From contig JAZRMM010000021.1 in assembly GCA_045647535.1 (NCBI GenBank), positions 3,116 to 67,115 of the forward strand: a DNA stretch of 64,000 nucleotides, written 5' to 3'. A model generated the notes under the pieces. That model made no database searches. It saw only the letters and a program-made list of their open reading frames with translations, and had not been told where the DNA came from. Every line of letters starts with the position of its first letter. Position 1 is the first letter of the stretch. This DNA comes from Alistipes sp. (GTDB lineage Bacteria; Bacteroidota; Bacteroidia; Bacteroidales; Rikenellaceae). Shown here one piece after another: positions 8,211-19,549 of the stretch. A program made the position numbers and the translations under genes.

Positions 8211-11200
8211 CTATCTGTCAACCTTAGCTACCTCTCCTAAGGTTATGTACCACACATATCCCTCAATATGGTTGTATCTCTTCATGTTTGCCAGCAACTC
8301 CATGTATCTGGCCACTTGTCGTGTGTGCGACCCGCTGATGTTGCTACCAAACTTGTAGTCCACCACCACAGCCCTGTAGCCCTTTATCATCACTCTGTCG
8401 GGACGACGTGCATCATCGCGTGTGATGATCTCGGCCTCCACCTTTATGTCGTCCCACTCGCCCGTGAACCACTCCTCGACCTGCGAATTGAGCATCGCCT
8501 TGTCTATATTGTCGTGGAGCATCTCGCACTCCGAGGGCTCTATCATGCAGTCCACCTCCAGTCTATCTATGGCAGCGTGAAGCTCCGCTATGTTGGCTGC
8601 TCTCTCGAATATGCTGTGTAGCTTGATACCCATCTCACGCTCCTTCGACCCCACCTTGAGACCCTCCTCCTCGTAGCGACGTGTCGGGATGTGGATGCTT
8701 AGCTCTGGGCGGTGCGTAGGGTAGCTATCTAAGATTATATCCTCACCTCTACCACCATCCTCTGGTTGACATTGAGCCACTGGCGCACCATATCGATATA
8801 CTATGCGCTCGTTGCCACTCTCCGTCGTGTAGCTCTCGGCATCGGGTATTATCGCTGCGAGCGATGCTGTCATCAGGGGCACGATTGTCGATATGTTATC
8901 TCCGCTCTTCGACTTGGTGTTGAGCCTTGAAGGTAGATATAGGTATAGCTCCTCGGATGCTCTGGTGAGTGCCACATATAGTATGTTCACTGCATCTACA
9001 TGGTTCATCACCATCTCACGATAGTACTCCTCCGAGAATAGTGACTCCTGCATGGTGCCTCCGTATATTACGGGGAACTCACCCACGGCCGAAGCGTCGC
9101 TATCCTTGTCTGTTGCCTTTGCCCACACCACAGGGCGTAGTATGGCACGTGGCGATATATCCCACTGGGTGTAGGGTATTATCACCACAGGACGCTCCAG
9201 ACCCTTGGCCTTGTGTATGGTGGTGATCTCTATGGTGTCGGGAGTCATCTCGACGCTTATAGCCTCGTTACGACCCCTCTCGTCCCACCACTTGAGGTAT
9301 CGTTGTATGTCGGCATTTCGCGATGTGGTGAAGGATATTACCTGCTCATGCATTGCCTGCAGGTAGGCTATATACTCCTTGCGACTGTCGAGCTGGAAGT
9401 GCGCCACGATAGCCTCGAAGGCCTCCATGGGCGAGAGGTATGCAAGATGCCTGAAGAGCTCCTGCTCCTCCGTGTCGAAGTTGTGGTCGAGACCTTTATC
9501 TAGGAAGCGGTTGTAGACACCACGCTCTATGTCGTTCTTCATGTCTACCGCGAGGCGGAATACCGCTATGATAAATTCGCTGATATCGCTTGCCTCGATG
9601 GTCAAGGAGTCCGAGGTTAGGATGTTGAAAACCTCGCGACCCTCGGCTGCCAATCGCTCCTTATAGGCAAACAGAGCATCGGCTACACGTCTACCATCCT
9701 TGGCATTACGCACAAGTAGCAGGATGTCCGAGTAGCGATAGCCACGGCTCGTGGCACTCTCTATGGCCTCTATAAAGGGCGAGTCCATCAGCGTGGAGTC
9801 GTATATCGTAGCCTCGGCATAGCCTCGCTCCTCGCTCTTGCGTGCCGCCTTCTGGGCATGCTTGGTGTAGGCCCTATCCATGATGTTGTATAGCGAGGTG
9901 TGTACCTCACTGCCAACACAGCCCTTGGCGAGTGCCTCATCTAGGATGGTGTTGAGATAGAGGTTATCCCTCTTCACCACCTCGGCCATGATGTTGTTGT
10001 TGAACTCAACGATGTTCGCCAAACTTCGGTAGTTCGACTCAAGACGCTCTATGGCCACATTCTCCCTACCCAGCATCTCTTGAGCCTTGGTCTGAAGTAG
10101 CTGCCAGTCGCCACCTCTCCAGCGATATATCGACTGCTTGACATCGCCCACGATAAATACCGAGCAATCCTCGCTCGAGGCCATGGCATTCTGCAATAGG
10201 GGCAGCATATTGCGCCAGTCGCCCAGCGACGTATCCTGGAACTCATCAATCATAAAACGCTCGAAACGGTTGCCCACCTTCTCGTAGATGAAGGGAGCGT
10301 TGCTATCGTTGATGAACGTAGCGAGAATATGCTTTGTCTCGCCCAACACCATGATATTCTCCTTGTCGCATAGGTCGCTTACCTTGTCGTATAGGTCGGT
10401 GAGTAGCGCAAAGCTACGGTAGTTCTCCTTGAGTAGCTTTGTGGTGTTCACCAGGGTGTTCACCTCGCTGTAGCTCTTGCATATCTCGCCCAACAGAGGT
10501 CGTAGCTCCTCGGTTGCCGATATTGTTGTACCCTTGTCACCGCTCTTGTACCACTCGTCACTGCTCTCCACCGCCTTGAGCATGGTGGATGTGGGAGCCT
10601 TCAACTCCCCTTGGGCATACTGCATGAAGCATTTGGTGAAACTCCTGGTCTGACCCTTGAAGTCGCTATATTTCACGCCATAGCGCTCCATTATCTCGAC
10701 ACCCTGACTGCCCAGTGTGACCATACTTTGGCAAGCATCATCCGCACGCTTTGTCATGCGCTCTATGATGTCGCTAAGCTGCTCTTTCGACTGCTTGAGC
10801 TTTAGTCGTTCGTGGCTTCTCTCCTTGAAAATCTCTCTACCCAAGGCCATCAGATCACCACGCATATCCCATTTGTCGCCCTCGGTGATACGCTCCTCGG
10901 CAAACTCCAGCATCCATTTTTTGAGCTCCTCGCTCTCGGCGATGCCCTCCACGAGTTTGTCGGCACTGCGTGTAAGGAGTGTTGTGGTGTCGAGCTCTAT
11001 GTTGTAGTTGAGGTCTATGCCCAACTCCTTGATGAAGGCTCGTATGATGCGCTGGAAGAAGCGGTCGATGGTGAGTATTGTGAAGCGTGAGTAGTCGTGG
11101 AGTATCAACTGTCGCACTTTGAGTGCTCGCTCCTTGACCTCACGGTTATTAAGCCCAAGCTCTCGGCATAGGGCATCCATGTAGTTGCTCTTACCTCCCG

Positions 11201-11396
11201 ATGCAAGGGTGTGTATCTCCTTGAGTATTCGTGACTTCATCTCCTCGGTAGCCTTGTTCGTGAAGGTCACGGCGAGGATGCTGCGATATAGCTCGGGATG
11301 CTCAATAACATCACGAACATACTTGTATGCCAGCTGATAGGTCTTGCCTGAGCCGGCACTTGCGCTCAATATTTGTGCTCGTTTTATCGTCGACAT
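8211..11396 (-). CDS. UvrD/AddA-like helicase-nuclease
   Basis: ASAGSGKT, TFTNKAT, IDEFQDT, GDVKQSIYRWRGG, TIHKAKGLE and YVALTRA motifs; C-terminal RPDR...VDYKFG nuclease. Confidence 0.9.
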   Translation of the reverse strand: MSTIKRAQILSASAGSGKTYQLAYKYVRDVIEHPELYRSILAVTFTNKATEEMKSRILKEIHTLASGGKSNYMDALCRELGLNNREVKERALKVRQLILHDYSRFTILTIDRFFQRIIRAFIKELGIDLNYNIELDTTTLLTRSADKLVEGIAESEELKKWMLEFAEERITEGDKWDMRGDLMALGREIFKERSHERLKLKQSKEQLSDIIERMTKRADDACQSMVTLGSQGVEIMERYGVKYSDFKGQTRSFTKCFMQYAQGELKAPTSTMLKAVESSDEWYKSGDKGTTISATEELRPLLGEICKSYSEVNTLVNTTKLLKENYRSFALLTDLYDKVSDLCDKENIMVLGETKHILATFINDSNAPFIYEKVGNRFERFMIDEFQDTSLGDWRNMLPLLQNAMASSEDCSVFIVGDVKQSIYRWRGGDWQLLQTKAQEMLGRENVAIERLESNYRSLANIVEFNNNIMAEVVKRDNLYLNTILDEALAKGCVGSEVHTSLYNIMDRAYTKHAQKAARKSEERGYAEATIYDSTLMDSPFIEAIESATSRGYRYSDILLLVRNAKDGRRVADALFAYKERLAAEGREVFNILTSDSLTIEASDISEFIIAVFRLAVDMKNDIERGVYNRFLDKGLDHNFDTEEQELFRHLAYLSPMEAFEAIVAHFQLDSRKEYIAYLQAMHEQVISFTTSRNADIQRYLKWWDERGRNEAISVEMTPDTIEITTIHKAKGLERPVVIIPYTQWDISPRAILRPVVWAKATDKDSDASAVGEFPVIYGGTMQESLFSEEYYREMVMNHVDAVNILYVALTRASEELYLYLPSRLNTKSKSGDNISTIVPLMTASLAAIIPDAESYTTESGNERIVYRYGAPVAQCQPEDGGRGEDIILDSYPTHRPELSIHIPTRRYEEEGLKVGSKEREMGIKLHSIFERAANIAELHAAIDRLEVDCMIEPSECEMLHDNIDKAMLNSQVEEWFTGEWDDIKVEAEIITRDDARRPDRVMIKGYRAVVVDYKFGSNISGSHTRQVARYMELLANMKRYNHIEGYVWYITLGEVAKVDR

Positions 11397-14236
11397 ATCC
11401 TCTTATAATCGCAGTATTTACACATATCTTCGTTCTCCACCTGCGTGAATGGTGTATCGTAGTCGAAGAGCTCCTCGAGTACCCTGCTGAGCGTCTCTTC
11501 GAACTCTTCGGCATGGGTACTGTAACGCTCTATGACCTCACCCGTTTGGGTGTTGACAATCTCGGGTGAGTACTCCTTGTCGAGCATCTTCGAGGCGTAG
11601 TATAGCGTAGGCTTAGCATCGCATCCGTGTCTCTTGTTGAGCATCATCGAGTAGAGCAACGTCTGGAAGATGTTGGATATACGCTCTGTGGCGCCTCCAA
11701 ACATCAGGTTCTCCATGCCGTTGAAACTTAAGTGTGGAGTGCTACCACTCTTGTAGTCGATGATTTGGAGTGTTCCATCCGCAAGTCTGTCTATGCGGTC
11801 GGCACGTCCTGAGAGGTTTACTCGTCGACCCTCGGAGATTTCGAAGCGACACTTCACCTCATCCTCCAAACCCTCTATCATGTTTATGGGGTTGTCTTTG
11901 TCGTAGCGCATGATGCCTCGCATGATATACTTCACGATGATGTCTCTCACAAGGAGCATGTCGCCTGTGAACTCCTTAATCGTAGCACCCTTGTCACGCA
12001 ACATCAGCTCTCCCATCTTGCTATCCACGGCGGCCTCTATCGTCGAGTGTTTGCATAGTTTGGCAATCTCTGCAGAGGGATTCTTCACGCCTATAAGTGG
12101 TGTGTATAGCGCCTGCATGGTTTCGTGGAGGATGTTACCAAAGGTCAGGGCATCTATGGTGTCGCTCACCTCATCGGGTGTGCGTAGGTGAGCTATGGAG
12201 CTAAGGTAGAACTTCAACGGACACTCCACATACCTAAATAGTGCCGTTGGCGATAGGGTGTGCTCCTCGCTATCGTGCAGATACCTATCGAGCATGGCAC
12301 GCTCCTTCGCACCCTTCTTTACCTCTATGGGTAATCTCTCGCTGATACTGAGGTCTACACCTATTGAGCGCTTGGTGATGGTGTATGGCGACTCGTAGTC
12401 GAGCTGATAGATATACCTACTACACTCGCCCGTGCTCCTATCGTCGGCACGCGAGCAGTAGAGCATCGTTACCCTCTCGGCACGCTGTATCAGACGGTAG
12501 AAATAGTAGGCATACATTGCCTCATGCTCTTCGGGTGTGGGCATTCCGTATGCAGCTCGTAGGTTATATGGGATGAACGACGACTGACCACCTCTATCTC
12601 CAGGGAATGTGGCGTCGGTCATCGATAGTATAATGACGTTTTTGAAGTCTATGTTTCGGGTCTCGAGAATACCCATTATCTGCACACCCTCAAGAGGCTC
12701 TCCCGTGTAGGGCATGGTGATAGACTGAAGGTGTTTGCGCAGTAGCGAGGTGAATATCTCGTTGTTAAGCTCTATGTTGTTCTGCTCGAGTTTGCAACTA
12801 TCTATCGAGCGCATAAGCTTGCCTATCTCCTCCCATGTTAGGTGCAGATACTCGGCCTGTACCTCCTCCTTGGTGCTACCCTCAATTAGTGCTAACACCT
12901 CTTTGAGATATGCACCAATCTCTCGCCAACTCGTATGGCGCTTGAATAACACCCTTAGTGTGACGTCGTTACACAGGAGTGTGCCATCTACCGATGTGAT
13001 TCTATTCTTGTTAATCTCGTCGAGAAGCCTCAATGCCTCATCGCGACATGTAGCCATGATATATGGATGCGATAGTAGCCCTGTGACATCCACATGGTAG
13101 AATATCTCGCCCTCACCTTTGGCGCGGCTATGAGCCTGAAGCTCTATCATGCGCTCCACAAAGGAGTAGGCCAGGGTGTTCTTCAGTGGGTAACCCATGG
13201 TGACGTTGACCCTCTCTACGCTCTTAGGTAGCGCATGAAGGAGTGGCGTTAGCATGCTCTCATCCGTGAGTACTATGGCTGTGTTCTTGTTCAACTCCTC
13301 TGTGGGCAGCGAGTCGAGAATCTTACTCACGTACTTACACTGCACGGCATTTGAGACGCAGGCTATGGCCTCCATCTGCTTGGGTATCTTGTTGAAGTTG
13401 TCGTTGCTGATAGCACCACTTGTCATGGGGTATCGCACGATATTGTCACGCATAAAGCCTCCCGCCTCATGCCATCTGTTGTCGGTGTAGTAGCTATCGT
13501 AGTCCCAGTAGAACTCCGCACCCTCGGCTCTTGTAGCCAGGTGGTCGAAGAGGCGCTTCTCGCTTGCCGATAGGGCGTTGAAGCCCGCGACGATAAAGCG
13601 CTTATTGGGTAGACCCTCTGTCATGCCCTGCTTGATGCACTCGGCCGCCTTGCGGTAAATCATGCCAGGGTAGGCTATGTGTAGCTCTTGTAGACGCTCG
13701 CGATATTGCTCATATATTGCTGGCAACGAGCGCCATATCTTTAGGAAGTGTCTCTTCTGCTCGCTAAGTGAGTCATCATCGCCGATGCTTCGCCAGAAGG
13801 ATATTATGCGTAGCTGCTCGGGTGTGAGATACGACACGTCGGCCTCCAGCTCCTTGATATCCTCGATGTTGCGCAGTAGCTGTTGCGCATCTATGAGGTA
13901 TCGATCTATCATGTCGAAGTCGCTCATGAGCATGTCGCCCCAGAAATAGAACTTGGCAAAATCCTCGTTGGGGTGGTGTCTGTGGTATATCAGATAGAGC
14001 TCGCTAATCAGACGTATTCGCTCGCCACGACGTAACCCCGATATCGCCTCCATTGCTTCGTCGATACTCATCCACGATGGCTGCCATGTGGGTTGTTCTA
14101 TGTTTGAGGCTATGGCATCATTGAAAAAGGCTCGCGCTCGAAGTGATGGAAACATCACCACAAGTTGTGATAGGTCACCATTATATCTGTTTAGGAGCTC
14201 ATGTGCGAGCTCCTCGTGAAATGATTGTCGTATCAT
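11384..14236 (-). CDS. AddB-like PD-(D/E)XK nuclease subunit
   Basis: MGILETR, SPTAL..Y.ECP, GRADRID, IIDYKSG and terminal CKYCDY..IC; overlaps the AddA-like gene. Confidence 0.87.
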   Translation of the reverse strand: MIRQSFHEELAHELLNRYNGDLSQLVVMFPSLRARAFFNDAIASNIEQPTWQPSWMSIDEAMEAISGLRRGERIRLISELYLIYHRHHPNEDFAKFYFWGDMLMSDFDMIDRYLIDAQQLLRNIEDIKELEADVSYLTPEQLRIISFWRSIGDDDSLSEQKRHFLKIWRSLPAIYEQYRERLQELHIAYPGMIYRKAAECIKQGMTEGLPNKRFIVAGFNALSASEKRLFDHLATRAEGAEFYWDYDSYYTDNRWHEAGGFMRDNIVRYPMTSGAISNDNFNKIPKQMEAIACVSNAVQCKYVSKILDSLPTEELNKNTAIVLTDESMLTPLLHALPKSVERVNVTMGYPLKNTLAYSFVERMIELQAHSRAKGEGEIFYHVDVTGLLSHPYIMATCRDEALRLLDEINKNRITSVDGTLLCNDVTLRVLFKRHTSWREIGAYLKEVLALIEGSTKEEVQAEYLHLTWEEIGKLMRSIDSCKLEQNNIELNNEIFTSLLRKHLQSITMPYTGEPLEGVQIMGILETRNIDFKNVIILSMTDATFPGDRGGQSSFIPYNLRAAYGMPTPEEHEAMYAYYFYRLIQRAERVTMLYCSRADDRSTGECSRYIYQLDYESPYTITKRSIGVDLSISERLPIEVKKGAKERAMLDRYLHDSEEHTLSPTALFRYVECPLKFYLSSIAHLRTPDEVSDTIDALTFGNILHETMQALYTPLIGVKNPSAEIAKLCKHSTIEAAVDSKMGELMLRDKGATIKEFTGDMLLVRDIIVKYIMRGIMRYDKDNPINMIEGLEDEVKCRFEISEGRRVNLSGRADRIDRLADGTLQIIDYKSGSTPHLSFNGMENLMFGGATERISNIFQTLLYSMMLNKRHGCDAKPTLYYASKMLDKEYSPEIVNTQTGEVIERYSTHAEEFEETLSRVLEELFDYDTPFTQVENEDMCKYCDYKRICRR

Positions 14237-14248
14237 CCTATGTTACTA

Positions 14249-14956
14249 TTACAACTGCTTGACCTCGCCACCAAAGAGCGATATATCCTCACGATATATC
14301 TCAGGTAGCGACTTATAGTCGATCTTACCTCCTGTTGTTGTCTTGGCCTCAAGACGCTGGTAGGCATCTACCATGACCACTGCATTGTGCGATGCTGTAG
14401 CCGTTGTTGACATCGTGTTTAGATTTAGGGCGCTGTACTGACCCGTTGAAATGTCGGCTGTTTGGTATAGAGCCGTGCCAGTGAGTTCTACAATACTCTT
14501 GCCCGTGATTGATATCTTTAGGTCGAGGGTCTCAATATCGGCCGAGAAGTGAGCATCGTTAGATACGTAGATGTCGAGAAGAGGTGTGTCTATGGTGCCA
14601 TTTGCTGTGACGTCGGCCTTGGAGATGATGATATACTCCAGTGAGTTGTAGAATACCTCCACCTCGGTGATGCTCTCACGCTTCGGGTCGTTACGCTCGC
14701 GTATCTTAAGAACACCGCCTTTATCCACCTCAAACGAGAACTTCGAGGTGTATACCTCCTTAGTATCGTAGATGATATATGGTACGTCGTACTCGTCTAT
14801 TTTGGTGAGTGTTAGTTTGATGGGAGCGTCTACATCAATAGACGTGAAACGAGTCAACCCCTGTTTCATTGGTTGACTAGTCGACTGGGTATCACCTTGT
14901 GCCGATAGCTCAAAGGCTGCAAACATGAAGATGCAAATCAATAATATCCTTTTCAT
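14249..14956 (-). CDS. DUF2807 / head GIN domain protein
   Basis: Signal peptide from MKRILL (ATG 14956), FTSIDVDAPIKLTL and a beta-solenoid-like repeat pattern. Confidence 0.65.
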   Translation of the reverse strand: MKRILLICIFMFAAFELSAQGDTQSTSQPMKQGLTRFTSIDVDAPIKLTLTKIDEYDVPYIIYDTKEVYTSKFSFEVDKGGVLKIRERNDPKRESITEVEVFYNSLEYIIISKADVTANGTIDTPLLDIYVSNDAHFSADIETLDLKISITGKSIVELTGTALYQTADISTGQYSALNLNTMSTTATASHNAVVMVDAYQRLEAKTTTGGKIDYKSLPEIYREDISLFGGEVKQL

Positions 14957-15195
14957 ATTGCCTCTGTTATATTGCAAATAGTGAGGCAAGATAGTAAAAA
15001 AATGGCGAACTGACAACAATATTTAGGTTTTTTTACTCGTGCACGATCTTTACTACATGGCCTATGGTGCCCGATATTGAGGGCGTATGGCTATCAGGTT
15101 ATTGTCTATTTTCGCTATCCATTGCTCTTCGTGTGGATGAAAAAAACACCCTAACCATTGGGGTTAAGGTGCTATTTTAAGTGGCTATGCGTGCT

Positions 15196-16182
15196 CTATT
15201 TTTTGTCCTTAAGGAACGTCTTATTAACTATCACACGCACCTCGCGATGGCGTACGTTAAACTCAACGGGTGTTCCTCCGAGTAGCTCGCCATCAATCTC
15301 AAGTGGTGTCTCGGGTGTTGACTCAATACGGATCTTCTCACCCTGGGCGTATAGCACGTGACCAATAGAGTAGATAGTACCGTTATACATCTTGCGTATA
15401 CGGAATAGTATATTCCACCAGTGTAGTGGTTTAATCATTGTTATATCAAGAAGACCATCATCTGCCACAGCCTCAGGAAGCTGCTGCACACCACCACCAT
15501 TATACTTACCTACACCAATAGCCATGCTAAAGAGTAGGTCGTTGTATATGAGCTTATCATCTACCCATATCTTCACACCTGTCGACTTGTAGCCAAAGAA
15601 GGTGCGTATCATGGTCCAGATGTAGGCCCATGCTCCAAGGCGTCGTTTTAGTTTGTTGCGTTGCAGGCGGCGAATTACTGCGGCGTCGAAGCCGAGGCCC
15701 GCCACGTTAGCCATGTAGCGTATCTGACGATAGTGTGACTCCTCGTACTCCACGGCGGCCACATCCTGCAAGAAGGTGTATCCCTCCTTTATGGCTCGTA
15801 TCGCCTCCGAGTAGCGTCGTGGTATGCCGAACATACGTATCCAGTCGTTGCCCGTACCTACGGCAATAACGGCTATCGTTATCTCCTCGGGCGGTACGCA
15901 TTTCTGTATGTATATGCCGTTGACAACCTCGTAAAGTGTGCCATCGCCACCAACGACTATTATGTGGCGATAGCCCTCGCCTATGGCCGAAACCGTAAGT
16001 TCCGTAGCGTGATGCTTATGTTCGGTGAACACAGCCTCACAGCGTATGTTATTGTCGCGTAGAAGCTTTGATATAAGAGGGTAGTCATCCAACCCCTTGC
16101 CCGAACCAGCAATGGGGTTGATGACTACAAACCACTTTGCACCACCCTCTACGGTGGGCTTATCAAGCGTCTGGGGCTTCAT
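15196..16182 (-). CDS. Diacylglycerol kinase family lipid kinase
   Basis: INPIAGSG, GGDGT, GTGND and EIDGE motifs. Confidence 0.9.
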   Translation of the reverse strand: MKPQTLDKPTVEGGAKWFVVINPIAGSGKGLDDYPLISKLLRDNNIRCEAVFTEHKHHATELTVSAIGEGYRHIIVVGGDGTLYEVVNGIYIQKCVPPEEITIAVIAVGTGNDWIRMFGIPRRYSEAIRAIKEGYTFLQDVAAVEYEESHYRQIRYMANVAGLGFDAAVIRRLQRNKLKRRLGAWAYIWTMIRTFFGYKSTGVKIWVDDKLIYNDLLFSMAIGVGKYNGGGVQQLPEAVADDGLLDITMIKPLHWWNILFRIRKMYNGTIYSIGHVLYAQGEKIRIESTPETPLEIDGELLGGTPVEFNVRHREVRVIVNKTFLKDKK

Positions 16183-16194
16183 GCTTATGGAGTA

Positions 16195-17658
16195 TTACTC
16201 CTTGCAAGGAGCGTTACGCAAGGTGTTGAGCAAGAAGTCGTAGAACTTCTCTACCGATGCAATCTCCACCTTCTCGTCTGGAGAGTGTGGGTAGCAGATA
16301 GTAGGACCGAACGAGATCATGTCCATGCCGGGATACTTAGCACCGATGATACCGCACTCCAAGCCTGCGTGGATGGCAGTAACCGAAGGGCGCTTGCCAT
16401 ATAGCTTCTCGTATGACTCAAGCATGGTGTGAAGGATAGGCGACTTCATATTTGGGTTCCAGCCGCTGTATGAGCCAGAGAGCTCAACATCAGCACCTGC
16501 AAGCTCAAATACTGAAGAGATAGCACCTGCCAACTCGCCCTTCTCGGTGTCTACCGATGAGCGCAACAAGCACTTAACCTCGATTGTCGAGCCGTTAGAT
16601 ACTACGATAGCCAAGTTTGATGATGTCTGCACAAGACCCTCCATGGCGATAGACATGCGCTGCACACCGTTAGGACAGCCACATACGGCACGAATCAATG
16701 AGTGTGACTCAAGGTGTGGGATGATTGCCTTAGGGCACTCAACAGGCTCTGCAAAGATCTCGATAGAGTCCTCGATACCCTCGAACTCCTTGATGATAAC
16801 CTTCTCGTATGACTTAACATTAGCCTCGAAGATAGCCTTCTCGGCCTCACGAACAACCACGATTGCCCATGCCTCACGAGGAATAGCGTTACGCATGTTG
16901 CCACCCTCTACTGCTGCGAGCTCCAAGCCGTATGACTCGGTCTCCTGGCGCAACAAACGGAACAATACCTTGTTTGCGTTAGCACGCTGTGTGCCAATCT
17001 GAATGCCTGAGTGACCACCCTTCAAACCCTTGACAGTAACTTTGTAGGCTGCAAACTTGCCCTCCAAAGGCTGCTCACGATACTTGAATGTGACATTCAC
17101 ATCCATACCACCAGCACAGCCTACATACAACTCACCCTCAGTCTCAGAGTCGAGGTTGAGCAATATGTCGCCCTTGAGCAAACCGCCCTTAAGGCCAAAG
17201 GCACCATCCATACCTGTCTCCTCGGTAGCTGTGAAGAGGCACTCCAGTGGGCCGTGTACAAGGTCAGCGTCCTCCATGGCGGCCATAGCTGCTGCCAAGC
17301 CGATACCGTTGTCCGCACCAAGAGTTGTGCCGTTAGCGGTTACCCACTCGCCATCGATGTATGCCTCGATAGGATCTGTCGAGAAGTTAAACTCCTTGTC
17401 GTTGTTCTTCTGAGGAACCATGTCGGTGTGTGCCTGCATGATGATGCCCTTGCGGTTCTCCATGCCAGGTGTTGCTGGCTTGTAAACGTATACGTTCTGT
17501 GCATCGTCAACCTTATGCTCCAAACCAAGCTCCTCAGCCCACTTTACGATATAGGCACGAATAGCATCCTCCTCGTGTGAAGGGTGAGGAATGTTGCAAA
17601 TCTCAGCAAAGTGCTTCCACACCAATGCTGGCTTCAAACCTTTCAAATTCTTGTCCAT
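16195..17658 (-). CDS. pepD: Aminoacyl-histidine dipeptidase
   Basis: QAHTDMV, TTLGADNGIG, EETGM, GGHSG, HAGLECG and HSPDE motifs. Confidence 0.93.
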   Translation of the reverse strand: MDKNLKGLKPALVWKHFAEICNIPHPSHEEDAIRAYIVKWAEELGLEHKVDDAQNVYVYKPATPGMENRKGIIMQAHTDMVPQKNNDKEFNFSTDPIEAYIDGEWVTANGTTLGADNGIGLAAAMAAMEDADLVHGPLECLFTATEETGMDGAFGLKGGLLKGDILLNLDSETEGELYVGCAGGMDVNVTFKYREQPLEGKFAAYKVTVKGLKGGHSGIQIGTQRANANKVLFRLLRQETESYGLELAAVEGGNMRNAIPREAWAIVVVREAEKAIFEANVKSYEKVIIKEFEGIEDSIEIFAEPVECPKAIIPHLESHSLIRAVCGCPNGVQRMSIAMEGLVQTSSNLAIVVSNGSTIEVKCLLRSSVDTEKGELAGAISSVFELAGADVELSGSYSGWNPNMKSPILHTMLESYEKLYGKRPSVTAIHAGLECGIIGAKYPGMDMISFGPTICYPHSPDEKVEIASVEKFYDFLLNTLRNAPCKE

Positions 17659-17702
17659 AATTTTAGTTGTTAGTTATTGATTGTTAATTATTTAGTTGCT
17701 TG

Positions 17703-18701
17703 TTAATTGTCTCTATTCTCCTTGTTGCGAAGACCATTCTCCAACTCCTCGCGTTTGTCGAAAGCATCGACTATGTACTTCACCAGACGGTGACGCACGA
17801 TGTCACGCTTATCGAACTCTACAATACCTATACCCTCGATGTTTTTTAACGTCTCCATGGCTCGTGTAAGACCGCTATCCGAGCGACGTGGAAGGTCTAT
17901 CTGCGTAACATCTCCCGTAACCACAAACTTGGCATTGCGACCCATACGCGTAAGGAACATCTTAATCTGCGATAGGGTGGTGTTCTGCGCCTCGTCGAGG
18001 ATGACAAAGGCGTTGTCGAGAGTTCTACCACGCATATAGGCTAGGGGTGCTATCTGCACTGTGCCCTCCTCGATATACTTCTGCAACTTGGCAGGGGGTA
18101 TCATGTCGTTGAGCGCATCGTATAGTGGTTGCAAATATGGGTCGAGCTTATCCTTCATGTCGCCAGGCAAGAAACCTAGTTTCTCGCCAGCCTCCACCGC
18201 AGGACGTGTTAGGATTATGCGTCGCACCTCTCGCTCCTTGAGCGCTCTCACGGCAATGGCGATGGCTGTATACGTTTTACCCGAGCCCGCTGGACCTACA
18301 GCGAAGAGAAGGTCGTTGCGCTCGGCGAGTTTCACCAGGCGCTGCTGGTTAACGGTGCGTGCTCGTATGATAGCTCCATTGTTGCCATATACAATCACAT
18401 CCTTATCTATTGCGGGAGGCTCTGCTGAGAGCTCTGTGATGCTTGATGAGAAGGCTTGCGAGACCACCTCCGAGGATATATGTCCATACTTTACATAATA
18501 CTCCACAAGGGCCTGCATCCTACGCTCGAAGGCCGCCACATCGCTACGCGCGCCGAGGGCCTTTATCTTATCACCACGTGCCACAATCTTAACCTTGGGA
18601 CATAGCTCACGCATCTGCTCAAGGTAGGCATCCTGTGCACCATATAGCTCACGGGCATCCACGCCCTCCACTAATATCTCTTTGACTATATCTTCACTCA
18701 T
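17703..18701 (-). CDS. phoH: PhoH family ATPase
   Basis: GPAGSGKT, RPAVEAGEKLGFLPG, MRGRT and DEAQN motifs. Confidence 0.92.
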   Translation of the reverse strand: MSEDIVKEILVEGVDARELYGAQDAYLEQMRELCPKVKIVARGDKIKALGARSDVAAFERRMQALVEYYVKYGHISSEVVSQAFSSSITELSAEPPAIDKDVIVYGNNGAIIRARTVNQQRLVKLAERNDLLFAVGPAGSGKTYTAIAIAVRALKEREVRRIILTRPAVEAGEKLGFLPGDMKDKLDPYLQPLYDALNDMIPPAKLQKYIEEGTVQIAPLAYMRGRTLDNAFVILDEAQNTTLSQIKMFLTRMGRNAKFVVTGDVTQIDLPRRSDSGLTRAMETLKNIEGIGIVEFDKRDIVRHRLVKYIVDAFDKREELENGLRNKENRDN

Positions 18702-18721
18702 ATACTCTGTTTATCTCAAAA

Positions 18722-19360
18722 CTAAAATATCAGGCCCACACCCAATGATATGCGGTATGCTCGCATCGAGAACTCCTCGCTCTCATATTGGTTTAGAGTG
18801 GTCTGCAAGGGGTGTACATAGCGAGCCTTAATAATAAAATATTTACCCAGGCGCACACCAACCTCTGTGGCAACATTGTATGTGGGGTATATCGGCCCGA
18901 AGAGCATCTTCTCGCCATTGTTTGTATACTCAGCCTTGCTCATCACCGAGAACTGTGGTCCTAAGCTAATATGTACCTTTTGGTCGGCAAGACGCAAGGA
19001 TAGGAATATCGGAATGTCGATGCTGTTGGTGCGTACTCTGCGCTCAAGGCGGCTGTTGGCTACATCTATCGAGCCGCCGCCATAGGCCACCTCGGTGCCT
19101 ATTGCAAAGTGCTTGGCGAGGATTACCGCGAAGTCCAACTTGGCACCTATGCCCATCTTGGGGCGTAGGGCAACATTCTCCGTAGTTGCACCCATAATAC
19201 CCGAGTATGTGCCAGTGACGCCTATGCCCATCTCGGTACTCACCTTATGCTTCTCGTTTTGTGGATATAGGCTCATCTGCTGAGCTGAGGCACTACTGCC
19301 CGTAGCACAGACATAGGTGAATAGAACACACACAAGAAGATATTTTAACCAGCACTTCAT
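18722..19360 (-). CDS. Outer membrane beta-barrel (porin-family) protein
   Basis: Signal peptide, amphipathic beta strands and a C-terminal Phe (ISLGVGLIF). Confidence 0.7.
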   Translation of the reverse strand: MKCWLKYLLVCVLFTYVCATGSSASAQQMSLYPQNEKHKVSTEMGIGVTGTYSGIMGATTENVALRPKMGIGAKLDFAVILAKHFAIGTEVAYGGGSIDVANSRLERRVRTNSIDIPIFLSLRLADQKVHISLGPQFSVMSKAEYTNNGEKMLFGPIYPTYNVATEVGVRLGKYFIIKARYVHPLQTTLNQYESEEFSMRAYRISLGVGLIF

Positions 19361-19549
19361 GCCTCTCTCTTCGTTTTATTACTCCTATAACGAGGGGTTT
19401 TATCCCTCGATTATCCTCCAAAGATACAATATTTATTAAAATAAACCAAAATATGAGGTAAATATTTCATAAAGTTTTCTAATTTGGAGTAATTAACATA
19501 TCTTTGTGGCGTAATATGTAGATAAGAAAATATATAAAGATATAAAACT

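Noticed and set aside
8211-14236. Helicase-nuclease defence system
   Set aside because: Architecture and size fit the housekeeping AddAB-type recombination pair.
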